From positions 1,440,001 through 1,504,000 of the forward strand of contig OZ241855.1 of assembly GCA_965202785.1 (NCBI GenBank): a stretch of 64,000 nucleotides of DNA. Reading direction: 5' to 3'. The translations under genes were made by a program, and so were the position numbers. The notes beneath the pieces are model-generated. The model did not search any database and was not told the DNA's origin. It saw only the letters and a list, made by a program, of their open reading frames with translations. Positions 48,038 to 61,432 of the stretch are shown here, in pieces. This DNA comes from Thermodesulfobacteriota bacterium (GTDB taxonomy: Bacteria; Desulfobacterota_D; UBA1144; Nemesobacterales; Nemesobacteraceae). Each line of letters begins with the position of its first letter. The first letter of the stretch is position 1.

Positions 48038-48135
48038 CTTTCTTTTTCTCCCGTTTGCGTGTTATTCGCAGACTCTTTGTATAGGCTTCTTCCGACAGTA
48101 AAATACCATAATATCTCACGAATCGGGAAAACGGA

Positions 48136-48807
48136 ATGATAAGAGCGGTCATATTCGATTTTGACGGAGTTATAGTCGACAGCGAGCCCCTTCATCTGAG
48201 AGCTTTTCAGAGGACAGTGGAAACCCTGGGGTTAAAGCTCTCGACCACCGACTATTACTTGCGGTACCTTGCCTGCGATGACAAAAGCTTTTTCAGGAGG
48301 TTCCTTGAGGATAACGGACAGCGGTACACGGAGCGGGAAATTGCCCGGCTTGTCAAAGAAAAAGGAATCTGTTTTGAGGAGATGATGGGGGAGGGCATAA
48401 GAGTTTTTCCCGGGGTCGTTGAGTTTCTTGAGGCCATCCGGGGCAAATTTCATGTGGCGATAGGTTCCGGCGCGTTAACCGAGGAAATCAATCTCATACT
48501 AAGGAGCAAAAATCTTTCCGAGTTTTTCGGTTTTGTAATAGGAGCCGATGATACGGAGAACCCGAAGCCCTCCCCCGAGGTCTACCTTAAATGCCTCGAG
48601 AGGATCAGAAGAGATTACGACGGCGCCATAACTGCCGCCCAGTGTGTTGTGTTTGAAGATTCTCCCCACGGCGTTTTAGCGGCCAAGAGGGCCGGAATGA
48701 GATGCGTCGGTATTTCTAACTCGTGTTCCGGCGATGAACTTGGGCTTGCCGACAGAGTTGCGGAAAGCTTTTCTGAAATCATCGACAATTTCCCCGAAAT
48801 GTTCTAG
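48136..48807 (+). CDS. HAD family phosphatase
   Basis: IFDFDGVIVDSEPLH, KPSPEVY, FEDSPHG. Confidence 0.92.
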   Translation: MIRAVIFDFDGVIVDSEPLHLRAFQRTVETLGLKLSTTDYYLRYLACDDKSFFRRFLEDNGQRYTEREIARLVKEKGICFEEMMGEGIRVFPGVVEFLEAIRGKFHVAIGSGALTEEINLILRSKNLSEFFGFVIGADDTENPKPSPEVYLKCLERIRRDYDGAITAAQCVVFEDSPHGVLAAKRAGMRCVGISNSCSGDELGLADRVAESFSEIIDNFPEMF

Positions 48808-48839
48808 ACAGGAACCTGTTCTAATATCGATACACCAAC

Positions 48840-48868
48840 TTGAGACCGTATAGCGGTAGTGGTATATT
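48840..48868 (+). promoter_or_regulatory. Promoter of katG
   Basis: TTGAGA, 17 nt spacer, TGn-extended TATATT. Confidence 0.6.
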
Positions 48869-48947
48869 TTCTGCTCGAATGCGTGGGGCAAACTCGTTAT
48901 TGAGTTCACTGTGTTTCCATGCGTTCACATAAATCCCGATTTCCTAA

Positions 48948-51167
<2,220 letters not shown>

Positions 51168-51249
51168 TCTCGGATCAGGGAAAAATCAAAACTGCAGGGC
51201 AACGGGCGCCGTTTTAATATCGAGGTTTTTGCATTTATAATCTGATACC

Positions 51250-51909
51250 ATGAGCGGGAAGCTGTTTGTGATATCCGGTCCGTCGGGAAGCGGGAAAACA
51301 ACGATTGTCACCCGTGTTCTGTCAAATGTGGAAAACCTCCGTTTCTCTATTTCTTACACAACAAGATCAATGCGCGCGGGGGAGGTCCGCGGAGAGCACT
51401 ACGAGTTTGTTTCCAGAGAAGAATTCCAGGACATGATCGGGCAGGATTTCTTTGCCGAGTGGGCGGAGGTGCACGGAAACTTTTACGGCACGCCGAGGGC
51501 TGAAATAGAAAAATGGATCGAAACGGGTGTTGACGTCATTCTGGACATAGATGTTCAGGGAGCAAGAAGGCTGAGGGGCGTGTTTGACGATGCGGTCTTT
51601 ATATTTGTTGTCCCGCCGTCTCTCGAGATCCTTGAGCAAAGGCTAAGGGACAGAGAATCGGAAGAAGAGGGGGACATTTCCATTCGTCTCGGGATTGCCA
51701 AGGAGGAGGTAGCCTGCTCGAAGTGCTATGATTATATTATAATTAATGATGAGGCCGATATTGCGGCTAGGAGAATCGAGGCTGTTATCCTTTCGCAAAA
51801 ACAAGGGGATAGTGAAGATTCCCGCCAGCGGATGCTCGCCGCTACTCGGGACTCGAGAACGGAAAATGTTTATGGCCCCGTTTTTCTCAGGAAATTCGGC
51901 CTTAAGTGA
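51250..51909 (+). CDS. gmk: Guanylate kinase
   Basis: GPSGSGKT, SYTTR, HGNFYGT, DIDVQGA, PPSL. Confidence 0.97.
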   Translation: MSGKLFVISGPSGSGKTTIVTRVLSNVENLRFSISYTTRSMRAGEVRGEHYEFVSREEFQDMIGQDFFAEWAEVHGNFYGTPRAEIEKWIETGVDVILDIDVQGARRLRGVFDDAVFIFVVPPSLEILEQRLRDRESEEEGDISIRLGIAKEEVACSKCYDYIIINDEADIAARRIEAVILSQKQGDSEDSRQRMLAATRDSRTENVYGPVFLRKFGLK

Positions 51910-51924
51910 GGTGTTCGCGCTGCT

Positions 51925-54105
51925 GTGATCAGGCTAAACGACATCATTGACAAGGTTGCTTCCTACTCGGATATCGAGAACGAAGATCTTGACTTCATAA
52001 AAAAGGCCTACGTGTATTCGGCCAAGGTTCACTCCGGTCAGAAAAGGGTGTCCGGGGAACCGTACCTGAGTCATCCCCTGGAGGTCTCTTCAATACTCGC
52101 GAACTTAAAACTTGACGTTCCCTCCATAGTTACCGGACTTCTTCACGACACGATAGAGGACACTCTTGCGACTCGCGAGGAAATCGAACGGAATTTCGGA
52201 AGCGAGATAGCTTTTCTCGTCGATGCTACCACGAAAATAAGCCGTCTTCCCCATGTCTCCGATGTGGAAAAACAGGCCGAAAGCTTCCGCAAGCTGATAC
52301 TCGCCACGGCTGAGGACATAAGGGTTGTACTGATAAAACTCGCCGACAGGCTGCACAACATGAGGACGCTTCAGTATCTGCCTGAGGAAAAACAGAAGAG
52401 GATCGCTGTTGAAACTATGGAAATTTACGCGCCGCTTGCTCACCGTCTCGGAATGAACTGGATATCGGTTGAGCTGGAGGACCTGGCGTTTAAGTTCTCC
52501 GAGCCGGGTGAATACGAGCGTATTAGCCAAACCGTGTCTGCAAAGAAAGAAGATTGGGAAAAGTACACGACTGAAATCGTCTCGCTCATCAACGGCAAGA
52601 TGAAGGAATTCGGAATTCAAGGAGATGTCTCGTGGAGATTCAAGCATTTATACGGCATCTACAGCAAGATGAAGAAGGGCAATATAAGCCTGCGCAATAT
52701 TTATGACATACTGGGTTTCCGGATCGTTACCGCAGGTGAAAACGAATGCTATCAGGTTCTGGGAGCGGTGCATTCCTTGTGGAAACCGATTCCGGGGAGA
52801 ATAAAAGACTACATAGCCCTTCCAAAGGCCAACAACTACCAGTCCATTCATACTGCCGTGATAGGGCCTTTCGGAGAACAGATGGAGATCCAGATACGAA
52901 CTGAGCGGATGCACCGAATTGCGGAATACGGCGTTGCCGCTCACTGGAGGTACAAGGAGGGAGATTCGCTTGAGAACGGGAATGACAAGATCTACTCAAA
53001 CCTCCGTCATCTTGTTGAGTTAAAAGACATAAAAGACTCGACGGAGTACATAGAAGCCATAAAGGGAGAGCTCATACTGGATGTCGTGTACGTTTACACT
53101 CCCAACGCAGACCTCCTTGAGTTTCCCGTGGGTGCGACTCCGGTTGACTTTGCATATTCAATTCACACAGACATAGGAAATCAATGCTCCCAGGCTTTTG
53201 TTGACCATAAGCTTGTTCCCCTCAACTACAAGCTTAAAACTGGAGACATGGTGGAAGTGGTGACTTCCAAAAACAGAGTTCCTAACAGGCAATGGCTTGA
53301 TTTTGTTGTTACCTCAAAGGCTAAAAACAGAATAAGGAGCTGGCTGAGACAGGAGGAAAACCGCAATGCCGAACAGATTGGAGAGGCAATAGCCCAGAGG
53401 AAGTTCGCCGCGAAAGGACTCAAACTGAGCAACCTGCTCGAGAAGAAAAAACTCGACGAGCCTCTGGCAAAGCTTCAGTTCTCGGGAATAAAGGATTTTT
53501 ACAGGGCGGTCGGATTCGGCAATGCCGCGGTAAACGATCTTCTCAAGGCAATACATCCCAGGAAATTCGCCGAAGGTGCCGAGAAAAGCAAAAGAATAAA
53601 AAGCATAATGAACAGGATATCCAAAGACGAGTACAAGGACGCCGTGCTCGTCAGAAGATATGACAACATACTCATAAAGTTCGGCAAGTGTTGCAACCCG
53701 GTTCCGGGGGAACAGATCATAGGTTTCATAACCAGAGGCAGAGGGATAACCGTGCACGTCTACAATTGCCCCAAATTGCTTGAGGTCGCCCCTGAGAGGA
53801 GAATAGAGGTTGCCTGGAATGACGAGTATTCGGGACGGATGCCGATTGGTCTTTCGGTGAAGTGTGAGAACAGAAAAGGCATACTCTCTGAACTAACAAG
53901 CACGGTTTCGGGACTCAATGTCGACATTGTCAGTGCCGATGTGAGCGAAGATGAGATTGGACAGGGGGATGCGAGGTTTGAGGTAGCGGTGGAAAACATC
54001 AGGCAACTTGAAAAACTCATTGAATCGCTTAAGAATCTTGGGGGAGTTATCTCGGTTGAGAGATTAACGGAAACCACGCCCTCGCAGGCGAATGACCTTA
54101 ACTAA
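51925..54105 (+). CDS. spoT: Bifunctional (p)ppGpp synthetase/hydrolase (long RSH)
   Basis: HD domain (SGEPYLSHP, LHDTIEDT), RIKD synthetase motif, TGS, CC and ACT domains. Confidence 0.96.
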   Translation: MIRLNDIIDKVASYSDIENEDLDFIKKAYVYSAKVHSGQKRVSGEPYLSHPLEVSSILANLKLDVPSIVTGLLHDTIEDTLATREEIERNFGSEIAFLVDATTKISRLPHVSDVEKQAESFRKLILATAEDIRVVLIKLADRLHNMRTLQYLPEEKQKRIAVETMEIYAPLAHRLGMNWISVELEDLAFKFSEPGEYERISQTVSAKKEDWEKYTTEIVSLINGKMKEFGIQGDVSWRFKHLYGIYSKMKKGNISLRNIYDILGFRIVTAGENECYQVLGAVHSLWKPIPGRIKDYIALPKANNYQSIHTAVIGPFGEQMEIQIRTERMHRIAEYGVAAHWRYKEGDSLENGNDKIYSNLRHLVELKDIKDSTEYIEAIKGELILDVVYVYTPNADLLEFPVGATPVDFAYSIHTDIGNQCSQAFVDHKLVPLNYKLKTGDMVEVVTSKNRVPNRQWLDFVVTSKAKNRIRSWLRQEENRNAEQIGEAIAQRKFAAKGLKLSNLLEKKKLDEPLAKLQFSGIKDFYRAVGFGNAAVNDLLKAIHPRKFAEGAEKSKRIKSIMNRISKDEYKDAVLVRRYDNILIKFGKCCNPVPGEQIIGFITRGRGITVHVYNCPKLLEVAPERRIEVAWNDEYSGRMPIGLSVKCENRKGILSELTSTVSGLNVDIVSADVSEDEIGQGDARFEVAVENIRQLEKLIESLKNLGGVISVERLTETTPSQANDLN

Positions 54106-54117
54106 AACGGCATTCGG

Positions 54118-55089
54118 GTGCCTTTGGATATTTTTGCCATGATCATAGCCTGGATCAGAAAAAAGCTTGCCATAAGAAGTTCAAAGAAGCTTGTGCGCAC
54201 CGTAAGGGGCATCATCCGGAAAAAAGGGAGATTCATGGCCCCCAGGGAAGCCGATCATGCCGAAGTAAGGATACTTGCCTGTGAAGAGGCGATAGAGCGG
54301 GGTTCCCTGCACGAAATAAGAACATCAAGGAAAGCCCTTCGGATTTTTTTTGAAGACAATCTAAGGTCCTACGGCAAATCCGCCCTGCGGCAAAACGTAG
54401 AAGCTGTAGTGATAGCGGTAGCTCTTGCTCTGGCCATAAGAGCCTTCGTGATTCAACCTTTTAAGATTCCTTCGGGTTCAATGCTTCCGACGCTTCTTGT
54501 GGGTGACCATATACTGATAAACAAGTTCGTCTACGGAACAAGAGTCCCTTTTACCAACGAGATATTTTTTCCTTTCTCCGAAATTGACCGCGGCGACATT
54601 ATAGTCTTCAAACTCGGCGAAGATAATGCAACAGATTTTCCCATGCCCGGTAAAGGGGCTTTCTACGTAAAAAGAGCCGTGGGTATTGCCGGGGATGAAT
54701 TAGACATAAGCGGCAGGGACATCCTCATAAACGGCAGAGCCGTGGAGCAGACCTACACCGGGAACTACGAGTATCCGGACGAGAAATTTTTTTCTGTTGC
54801 CGACAGGTACGAGCAGTCGCTTTCCGGGAAAAATTTCAGCGTTATATATAAAAAGGGGGACAGTTCCACAACGAGCGGGAAAATGAGCTTTCCCCTTGTT
54901 GTTCCCAAGGGCAGGATTTTCGTCATGGGCGATAACAGGGACAACAGTTACGACAGCAGGTTCTGGGGATTCGTGCCGGTGGAAAATGTTTACGGCAAGG
55001 CATTTATGATTCACTGGTCGTGGAATCTCTCCAACCCGAGTTTTGCGGATAAGGTAAGGTGGCATAGAATTTTTTCGGGAATAGAATGA
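54118..55089 (+). CDS. lepB: Signal peptidase I with N-terminal basic extension
   Basis: IPSGSMLPTL (Ser), YVKRAVG (Lys), GDNRDNSYDSRFWG; start GTG 54118 or ATG 54139. Confidence 0.95.
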   Translation: MPLDIFAMIIAWIRKKLAIRSSKKLVRTVRGIIRKKGRFMAPREADHAEVRILACEEAIERGSLHEIRTSRKALRIFFEDNLRSYGKSALRQNVEAVVIAVALALAIRAFVIQPFKIPSGSMLPTLLVGDHILINKFVYGTRVPFTNEIFFPFSEIDRGDIIVFKLGEDNATDFPMPGKGAFYVKRAVGIAGDELDISGRDILINGRAVEQTYTGNYEYPDEKFFSVADRYEQSLSGKNFSVIYKKGDSSTTSGKMSFPLVVPKGRIFVMGDNRDNSYDSRFWGFVPVENVYGKAFMIHWSWNLSNPSFADKVRWHRIFSGIE

Positions 55090-55215
55090 GCTTGCCGACT
55101 GTTTTCTGGAAAAACGGTGTTAGGGCATTTTCAGCAGGCGTCGTTACGGACAATCCCCGCTATGCGAAAAACCTGTTTTCAATAACTGCTCTACGGTGTA
55201 TCCTCTTTGCGGATT

Positions 55216-55758
55216 ATGGAGACTAAGAAAAAAATAGAGCCGATTGAGGACAGGGCCGAAAGTTTTTTCTCCGGGATCATAGACGACATACCGCCCGAGA
55301 GGCTGAGCAGCATTATTGTCATAGGGATAAAGACAAGAGGGGAATATCTGGGCAAGAGGCTCGTTGAGCGTATAAGCGAGCGGACCGGAAAGGATGTCAC
55401 ATTCGGAACGATCGATATTACTCTCTACAGGGATGATTTCGAGAACAGGAAAAACTGGCCGCAACTGCGCAGAACCAGCATCCCCGACGACGTGCAGGGG
55501 AAAAACATAATACTTGTCGACGATGTCCTCTACACTGGCCGTACCGTGCGGGCCGCCATAAATTCAATCATGGATTACGGAAGGCCGGCTTCGGTCAAGC
55601 TCGCCGTGCTCGTGGACAGGGGAGGAAGGGAACTCCCCGTGCAGCCCGACTATGCGGGAATCAGCATCGAAACCTTAGATGATGAGATGGTCAACGTTTA
55701 CCTGGAAGAAGTGGACGGCAGGGAGGAAATCGAGATAATCAGAAAAAATGCCGTTTAA
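55216..55758 (+). CDS. pyrR: PyrR / uracil phosphoribosyltransferase
   Basis: DITLYRDD, LVDDVLYTGRT, DRGGRELP; ATG at 55216 preferred. Confidence 0.95.
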   Translation: METKKKIEPIEDRAESFFSGIIDDIPPERLSSIIVIGIKTRGEYLGKRLVERISERTGKDVTFGTIDITLYRDDFENRKNWPQLRRTSIPDDVQGKNIILVDDVLYTGRTVRAAINSIMDYGRPASVKLAVLVDRGGRELPVQPDYAGISIETLDDEMVNVYLEEVDGREEIEIIRKNAV

Positions 55759-56674
55759 CAAAAAGCACATACTGGGTCTTGGAGAACTCTCGGCCGAGGA
55801 AATTAAAATCATTCTCGACACTGCGGAGTCCATGAAGGAGATTTCCACCAGGGACGTAAAGAAGGTCCCGACTCTTAAGGGAAGGACCGTAGTGAATCTT
55901 TTTTTCGAACCCAGCACCAGAACCCGCTCGTCATTTGAAATCGCGGAGAAAAGGCTCAGTGCCGATGTTCTGAATTTTTCCGCTTCGCAAAGCAGCGTGG
56001 TAAAAGGTGAGAGCCTTGTGGACACTGCCAGGAATTTCGAGGCCATGGGCGCGAGCATCATGGTCATAAGACACGGGATGTCCGGCGCGCCTTTTGTCCT
56101 TGCCCGCGAGATAGGCGCCTCTGTAATAAACGCCGGAGACGGCTCCCACGAGCATCCGAGCCAGGCTCTTATCGACATTTTTACTATAAGGGAGAAAAAA
56201 GGGAGAGTAGAGGGCCTAAATGTTCTCATTGTCGGTGATATTCTCAACAGCAGGGTCGCCAGATCCAATATCTTCGGGCTCCAGAAACTCGGGGCGAAAG
56301 TAAGAATAGTCGGACCGGCAACCATAGTTCCTGAATATTTCAGCGAGATGGGAGCGGAGATCTTTTATTCGCTTGAACATGCCATTGAGAACGTGGATGT
56401 GGTGATAATGCTGCGGGTTCAGAGCGAGAGAAAGACTCTTGAATACTTCCCGTCGCTTAGGGAATACTCGGGGCTGTACGGACTTACCAGGGAGAAACTC
56501 AGACTCGCGAAAAAAGATGTGATAGTGATGCACCCGGGTCCGATCAACCGGGGAGTTGAACTTACTTCGGAGATAGCCGATGACCCGGACGCCGTTATAC
56601 TTGAACAGGTGGCAAACGGAATTGCCGTGAGAATGGCCATGATATATCTTGTTGGCCTGGGAGAGAGCTTATAG
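55748..56674 (+). CDS. pyrB: Aspartate carbamoyltransferase catalytic subunit
   Basis: FFEPSTRTRSSF, HPSQ, HPGPINRG. Confidence 0.98.
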   Translation: MPFNKKHILGLGELSAEEIKIILDTAESMKEISTRDVKKVPTLKGRTVVNLFFEPSTRTRSSFEIAEKRLSADVLNFSASQSSVVKGESLVDTARNFEAMGASIMVIRHGMSGAPFVLAREIGASVINAGDGSHEHPSQALIDIFTIREKKGRVEGLNVLIVGDILNSRVARSNIFGLQKLGAKVRIVGPATIVPEYFSEMGAEIFYSLEHAIENVDVVIMLRVQSERKTLEYFPSLREYSGLYGLTREKLRLAKKDVIVMHPGPINRGVELTSEIADDPDAVILEQVANGIAVRMAMIYLVGLGESL

Positions 56675-57955
56675 ATGGGAGTGCTCATTAAAAACGGGCG
56701 CGTTATCGATCCTTCACAGTCCCTTGACATGGTCTCGGATGTATATGTCCAGGGAGACAGGGTAAAGGAAATATCAAAGCGCATAGACACCCCGCGCAAG
56801 TCAGACACGGTAATAGACGCCAGCGGGCAGGTCGTGTCTCCCGGCTTCGTAGATATTCACGTACATCTAAGAGAACCGGGCTATGAGCACAAGGAGACGA
56901 TAAAGACGGGTTGTCTTGCCGCCGCCGCGGGCGGTTTCACCTCCATAGTGTGCATGCCCAACACGAACCCCATAAACGACAATGCCTCTGTGACGGAGTA
57001 CATACTCTTAAAAGCGAGAACCGAAGGGATAGTCAACGTGTTTCCTATAGGAGCGATAACCAGGGGGGAGAAGGGAGAGGAACTTGCCGACATAGGCGAG
57101 ATGTGTGAAGCCGGATGCGTGGCGATCTCCGACGACGGGATGCCGGTCACTGACTCGGGACTTATGCGAAAGGCCATGGAATACGTAAGACCTTTCGGGA
57201 TTCCGGTTATCACGCACGCAGAAGACAAAGGACTTTCAGTTGGCGGCGTTATGAACGAGGGTTTCGTTTCAACCGAACTTGGCCTTCGGGGAATTCCCGC
57301 CGCTTCTGAGGAGGTTGGGGTGGTCAGGGACATAATTCTCTGCGAGCTCACGGGCACTCCTCTTCACATCTGCCATGTCTCCACCAAGGGGTCGGTGAGG
57401 CTCGTTCGGGCAGCGAAGAAAAGAGGCGCGAAGGTTACGGCAGAAGCGACTCCTCACCATTTCACTCTTACGGACAAAGAGGTATACGGGTACAACACCA
57501 ATGCCAAGATGAATCCGCCGCTTAGGACCCAGGAAGACGTAGATGCAATAATAGAAGGTATTGCCGATGGAACAATTGACGTAATAGCCACTGATCATGC
57601 TCCTCACAGCCAGGATGAGAAAAACGTTGAATTTGACTTGGCACCTTTCGGCATAGTTGGTCTTGAAACTGCCCTCTCGCTTTCGCTTGAGCTGGTGGAA
57701 AAAGGAATCATCACTCTTGAGGAGATGATAAAAAAACTTACTGTTGTTCCTTCAGAGATAGTGGGGATAGAAAGAGGTACACTTGCCCCGGGTTCAATAG
57801 CCGACCTCGTGGTATTCGATCCCGGCATGAGCCGCACGGTAAACCCTGAGAAATTTTTCTCAAAGAGTAGAAATACTCCGTTTTCCGGGTGGGAACTCAA
57901 AGGGGTGGTGAGCAATACGATAGTTTCGGGAAAGGTTGTTTTCAGTCGCAACTAA
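56675..57955 (+). CDS. pyrC: Dihydroorotase
   Basis: [27 protein letters not shown]. Confidence 0.96.
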   Translation: MGVLIKNGRVIDPSQSLDMVSDVYVQGDRVKEISKRIDTPRKSDTVIDASGQVVSPGFVDIHVHLREPGYEHKETIKTGCLAAAAGGFTSIVCMPNTNPINDNASVTEYILLKARTEGIVNVFPIGAITRGEKGEELADIGEMCEAGCVAISDDGMPVTDSGLMRKAMEYVRPFGIPVITHAEDKGLSVGGVMNEGFVSTELGLRGIPAASEEVGVVRDIILCELTGTPLHICHVSTKGSVRLVRAAKKRGAKVTAEATPHHFTLTDKEVYGYNTNAKMNPPLRTQEDVDAIIEGIADGTIDVIATDHAPHSQDEKNVEFDLAPFGIVGLETALSLSLELVEKGIITLEEMIKKLTVVPSEIVGIERGTLAPGSIADLVVFDPGMSRTVNPEKFFSKSRNTPFSGWELKGVVSNTIVSGKVVFSRN

Positions 57956-57998
57956 GTTTTATTTTTGCGATAGCCAACGGAAAAGAGATTCCAACGCA

Positions 57999-59459
57999 AT
58001 GGAAGACAAGCAGTTTGAATTAAGAAAATCAAAGCTGGAAGAGCTAAGGGCAATGGGCATTGACCCTTATGCAAACGGTTTTACACCGGAGCATACCGCC
58101 GGAGAACTGGTCTCCCTGCACGCTTCGAAGTCTCCCGAAGAACTTGAACAGATAGAAGGGCTCTTCAGCTTGGCCGGAAGAGTCGTTTCAAAGAGGGACT
58201 TCGGAAAAAGCGCTTTTTTTCATCTCTCGGACCGCACGGGGCGGATTCAGGGGTTCATACAGAAAAACTCCATTGACGAGAAAACCTTTACGCTGTTTCG
58301 CAAGCTGCTTGACGTAGGAGATTTTGCCGGCGTCCGCGGGGAGCTTTTTAAAACCAAGACCGGAGAGATTACGGTGAGGGTCCGGGAACTTTTTTTCCTC
58401 ACAAAAGCTCTGAGGCCGCTTCCTGAAAAATGGCATGGTCTTCAGGATGTGGAGATAAGATACCGCCAGCGCTACTTGGATCTGATTGCTAACCAGAGAA
58501 CCAAGGAGATTTTCAAGACAAGATCAAAGGTGATAAATCTCATCAGAAGGTTTCTTGACGAAAGGGATTTCCTTGAAGTGGAGACCCCAGTGCTTCACCC
58601 GATCGCCGGAGGGGCAACCGCAAAACCCTTTATTACTCACCACAACGCCCTTGATATGGATCTTTACTTGAGAATAGCTCCCGAGCTTTATCTGAAACGA
58701 CTTGTCGTTGGAGGACTTGAGAGAGTTTACGAACTTGGAAGAACGTTCAGAAATGAGGGAGTTTCCACCAAGCACAATCCGGAATTCACCATGATCGAGT
58801 TCTATCAAGCTTATGCGACTTACGAGGACCTTATGAATCTTATAGAGGAGCTTGTCTGCTACGTGGTGGAAAACACGGCGGGAGGCATGCTGGTTGAGTA
58901 CGAAGATAAGAAGATAGACTTCGAGAGGCCTTGGAAGAGAATTAACATTTATGAGGCCCTGCGGGAGAAATTCGGTTCCGAAATAACGGAAGATGACCAG
59001 TTTCTTTTTGCGAAAGCGGATTCCATGGGAATAAACCATAACGGAATTAAAGGTAAAGCTCTCACGGAGATTTTCGAAGCGCTTTTCGAAGATAATCTCC
59101 TTAACCCGACTTTTGTTTACGGTTTTCCGCTTGATGTCTCCCCGCTTGCCAGAAAAAACGATGATGATCCTGAAGTGGTTGACAGATTCGAGCTTTACGT
59201 TTACGGAAGGGAAATAGCCAACGCTTTTTCTGAGCTTAACGACCCGATTGATCAGAAAAAACGGTTTACGGACCAAGTCGAAATGAAGAAAAAGGGCGAG
59301 GATGAATATCACGAAATGGATAATGACTACGTGTCGGCTCTTGAATACGGAATGCCTCCCACGGCCGGAGCCGGTATAGGGATCGACCGTCTCGTGATGC
59401 TGCTTACCAACTCCCCTTCCATAAGAGAAGTTATTTTCTTCCCTCACCTCAGATCTTAG
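57999..59459 (+). CDS. lysS: Lysine-tRNA ligase (class II)
   Basis: [44 protein letters not shown]; ATG at 57999 preferred. Confidence 0.98.
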   Translation: MEDKQFELRKSKLEELRAMGIDPYANGFTPEHTAGELVSLHASKSPEELEQIEGLFSLAGRVVSKRDFGKSAFFHLSDRTGRIQGFIQKNSIDEKTFTLFRKLLDVGDFAGVRGELFKTKTGEITVRVRELFFLTKALRPLPEKWHGLQDVEIRYRQRYLDLIANQRTKEIFKTRSKVINLIRRFLDERDFLEVETPVLHPIAGGATAKPFITHHNALDMDLYLRIAPELYLKRLVVGGLERVYELGRTFRNEGVSTKHNPEFTMIEFYQAYATYEDLMNLIEELVCYVVENTAGGMLVEYEDKKIDFERPWKRINIYEALREKFGSEITEDDQFLFAKADSMGINHNGIKGKALTEIFEALFEDNLLNPTFVYGFPLDVSPLARKNDDDPEVVDRFELYVYGREIANAFSELNDPIDQKKRFTDQVEMKKKGEDEYHEMDNDYVSALEYGMPPTAGAGIGIDRLVMLLTNSPSIREVIFFPHLRS

Positions 59460-59460
59460 T

Positions 59461-60756
59461 ATGAGTTACGAATCGTTAATCTCCCTTAGGTATCTGAAGT
59501 CGGGAACTGGGCGTGGTTTTCTCTCCCTAATCGGTCTTATCTCCATTCTGGGCGTTTTCTTGGGCGTGGCTTCGCTTGACGTGGTGCTTTCGGTCATGAA
59601 GGGGTTTGAGGATGAACTCAGGGACAAGATAATCGGCGCGAGTTCTCACGTAGTCGTAATGAGCTACGAAGGAGATTTCGAGGATTTTGCGGAGGTGGAG
59701 AAGAAACTTGAGCACTTTCCCGGTGTAACCTCGACAAGCCCCTTTATTTACAATCAAGGCATGCTTGTCACGGAATATGCTGTCTCAGGTTCCGTGATAA
59801 GGGGGATAGACCCGAATAATTCAGCCTCGGTTGCCACCGTGGCAGAAGCGGTGGGAAAAGGCAGTCTGCCGGAGGAAGGTAAGAACCGTGATGCCCTCTT
59901 TGATGAAGGCGCCCGGATTGTTTCGGGGCTTTTACATAAAACCGCTTCCGGGAACCCTCCGATCATCATAGGCAGGGAACTTTCGAATCTGATTGGCGCG
60001 ACAATCGGGGATACCGTCAATCTTGTTTCTCCTTACGGAAAGATCGGTCCCTTCGGCCCGACTGCCAAGATAAGGAAATTCGGTGTAATAGGAGTTTTTG
60101 ATTACGGCATGATTGAATACGATTCTTCTACCGCCTACGTATCGCTTGAGGATGCCATGAATTTCTTCGAAACCCGAGGCAAGATAACGGGCATAGAAGT
60201 CAGAGTGGATGACATATACCAGGCGCGCGAAACGGGGGATAAGATAGTCGAAACTCTCGGCTATCCTTTTTACGCCAGGAACTGGGAGGACTCGAACAGA
60301 AGCCTTTTCAGAGCGCTTCGCCTTGAGAGAATGGCAATAGGGATATTTCTTGGGTTTATAGTTCTTGTTGCCGCCTTGAATATAGTCAGCACGCTTACAA
60401 TGCTCGTTATGGAGAAAAAAAGGGACATAGCCGTGCTTATATCCATGGGGGCCCGCAAAAGCGGTATCAGAAAAATATTTATCTACGACGGAATGATAAT
60501 AGGGACCGTCGGAACACTTCTTGGCACTCTATTCGGATACCTGATCTGCCGCTTTCTTGAGACCAGTAATTTTATAAAGGAAGCGATTCCGTTCGATGAT
60601 AACGTGTATCCTATTTCCGAATTCCCTGTTAGGATAGAGCCGGTTTATTTTCTCGTGGTAGCGGCATCAAGCCTGCTTATATGCTTTCTTGCGACTCTCT
60701 ACCCGTCTTATAGAGCTTCGAGAGAAAACCCCGTGGAGTCATTAAGATATGAGTGA
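59461..60756 (+). CDS. Lipoprotein-releasing ABC permease LolC/E
   Basis: LSVMKGFE, VAALNIVSTL..EKKRDIAVL..MGA, ATLYPS.RA..NP..SLRYE. Confidence 0.94.
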   Translation: MSYESLISLRYLKSGTGRGFLSLIGLISILGVFLGVASLDVVLSVMKGFEDELRDKIIGASSHVVVMSYEGDFEDFAEVEKKLEHFPGVTSTSPFIYNQGMLVTEYAVSGSVIRGIDPNNSASVATVAEAVGKGSLPEEGKNRDALFDEGARIVSGLLHKTASGNPPIIIGRELSNLIGATIGDTVNLVSPYGKIGPFGPTAKIRKFGVIGVFDYGMIEYDSSTAYVSLEDAMNFFETRGKITGIEVRVDDIYQARETGDKIVETLGYPFYARNWEDSNRSLFRALRLERMAIGIFLGFIVLVAALNIVSTLTMLVMEKKRDIAVLISMGARKSGIRKIFIYDGMIIGTVGTLLGTLFGYLICRFLETSNFIKEAIPFDDNVYPISEFPVRIEPVYFLVVAASSLLICFLATLYPSYRASRENPVESLRYE

Positions 60757-61432
60757 GGCGCTATACAGAGTCAGGGGGCTGGAAAAAGTTTTCAATAAGT
60801 CGGGCAGCAGCGTGTGCGCTCTTGGCGGAGTGGATATGGATATTTCTGCCGGAGAAACCCTCGGAGTCGTGGGGGTGTCGGGTTCGGGGAAAAGCACCCT
60901 TCTTCACATACTTGGCACTCTCGAGCCCCCGACGGAAGGTTCGGTTTTCTACCGGGGAAAGGACCTTTTCAGCCAAAATGAAGAAGAACTCTCGGTTTTC
61001 AGAAACTCGGAAATTGGATTTATTTTTCAATTTCATTACCTTCTTATGGAATTCACGGCACTTGAAAACGTCATGATGCCGTGTCTTATAGAAAGGCAGA
61101 GCCTTGCTGTGGCGAAACAAAAGGCTTGCGATGTGCTTGAGAAAGTGGGGCTTTCCGAGCGTCTCAACCATCTTCCGGGAGAGCTTTCCGGGGGAGAGCA
61201 GCAGAGAGTGGCAATCGCCAGATCAATTGTCAGGGGGCCGAAGGTTATACTTGCCGACGAGCCCACCGGGAATCTTGACAAAAAAACGGGATTTTCGGTT
61301 CTTGATCTGTTCTGCAGGCTTAACGAGGATTACGGGGTTACGGTTGTCATGGTTACGCACAACGACGAATTTGCGAAGAGAATGAAAAAAACTGTTAGAA
61401 TATCGGACGGGATGGTTGCCGATGCAAACTAA
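60749..61432 (+). CDS. lolD: Lipoprotein-releasing ABC ATPase
   Basis: GVSGSGKST, FQFHYLL.EFTALEN, LSGGEQQR, ADEPTGNLD. Confidence 0.93.
   Translation: MSEALYRVRGLEKVFNKSGSSVCALGGVDMDISAGETLGVVGVSGSGKSTLLHILGTLEPPTEGSVFYRGKDLFSQNEEELSVFRNSEIGFIFQFHYLLMEFTALENVMMPCLIERQSLAVAKQKACDVLEKVGLSERLNHLPGELSGGEQQRVAIARSIVRGPKVILADEPTGNLDKKTGFSVLDLFCRLNEDYGVTVVMVTHNDEFAKRMKKTVRISDGMVADAN

Noticed and set aside
38341-48822. AGGAACCTGTTCT present in two intergenic regions (38341-38353 and 48810-48822)
   Set aside because: 13-mer matches are expected by chance in 64 kb, and the spacing does not fit GAAC-N4-GTTC LexA boxes
55090-55215. PyrR-binding attenuator upstream of pyrR
   Set aside because: No recognisable PyrR binding loop consensus or terminator/antiterminator pair
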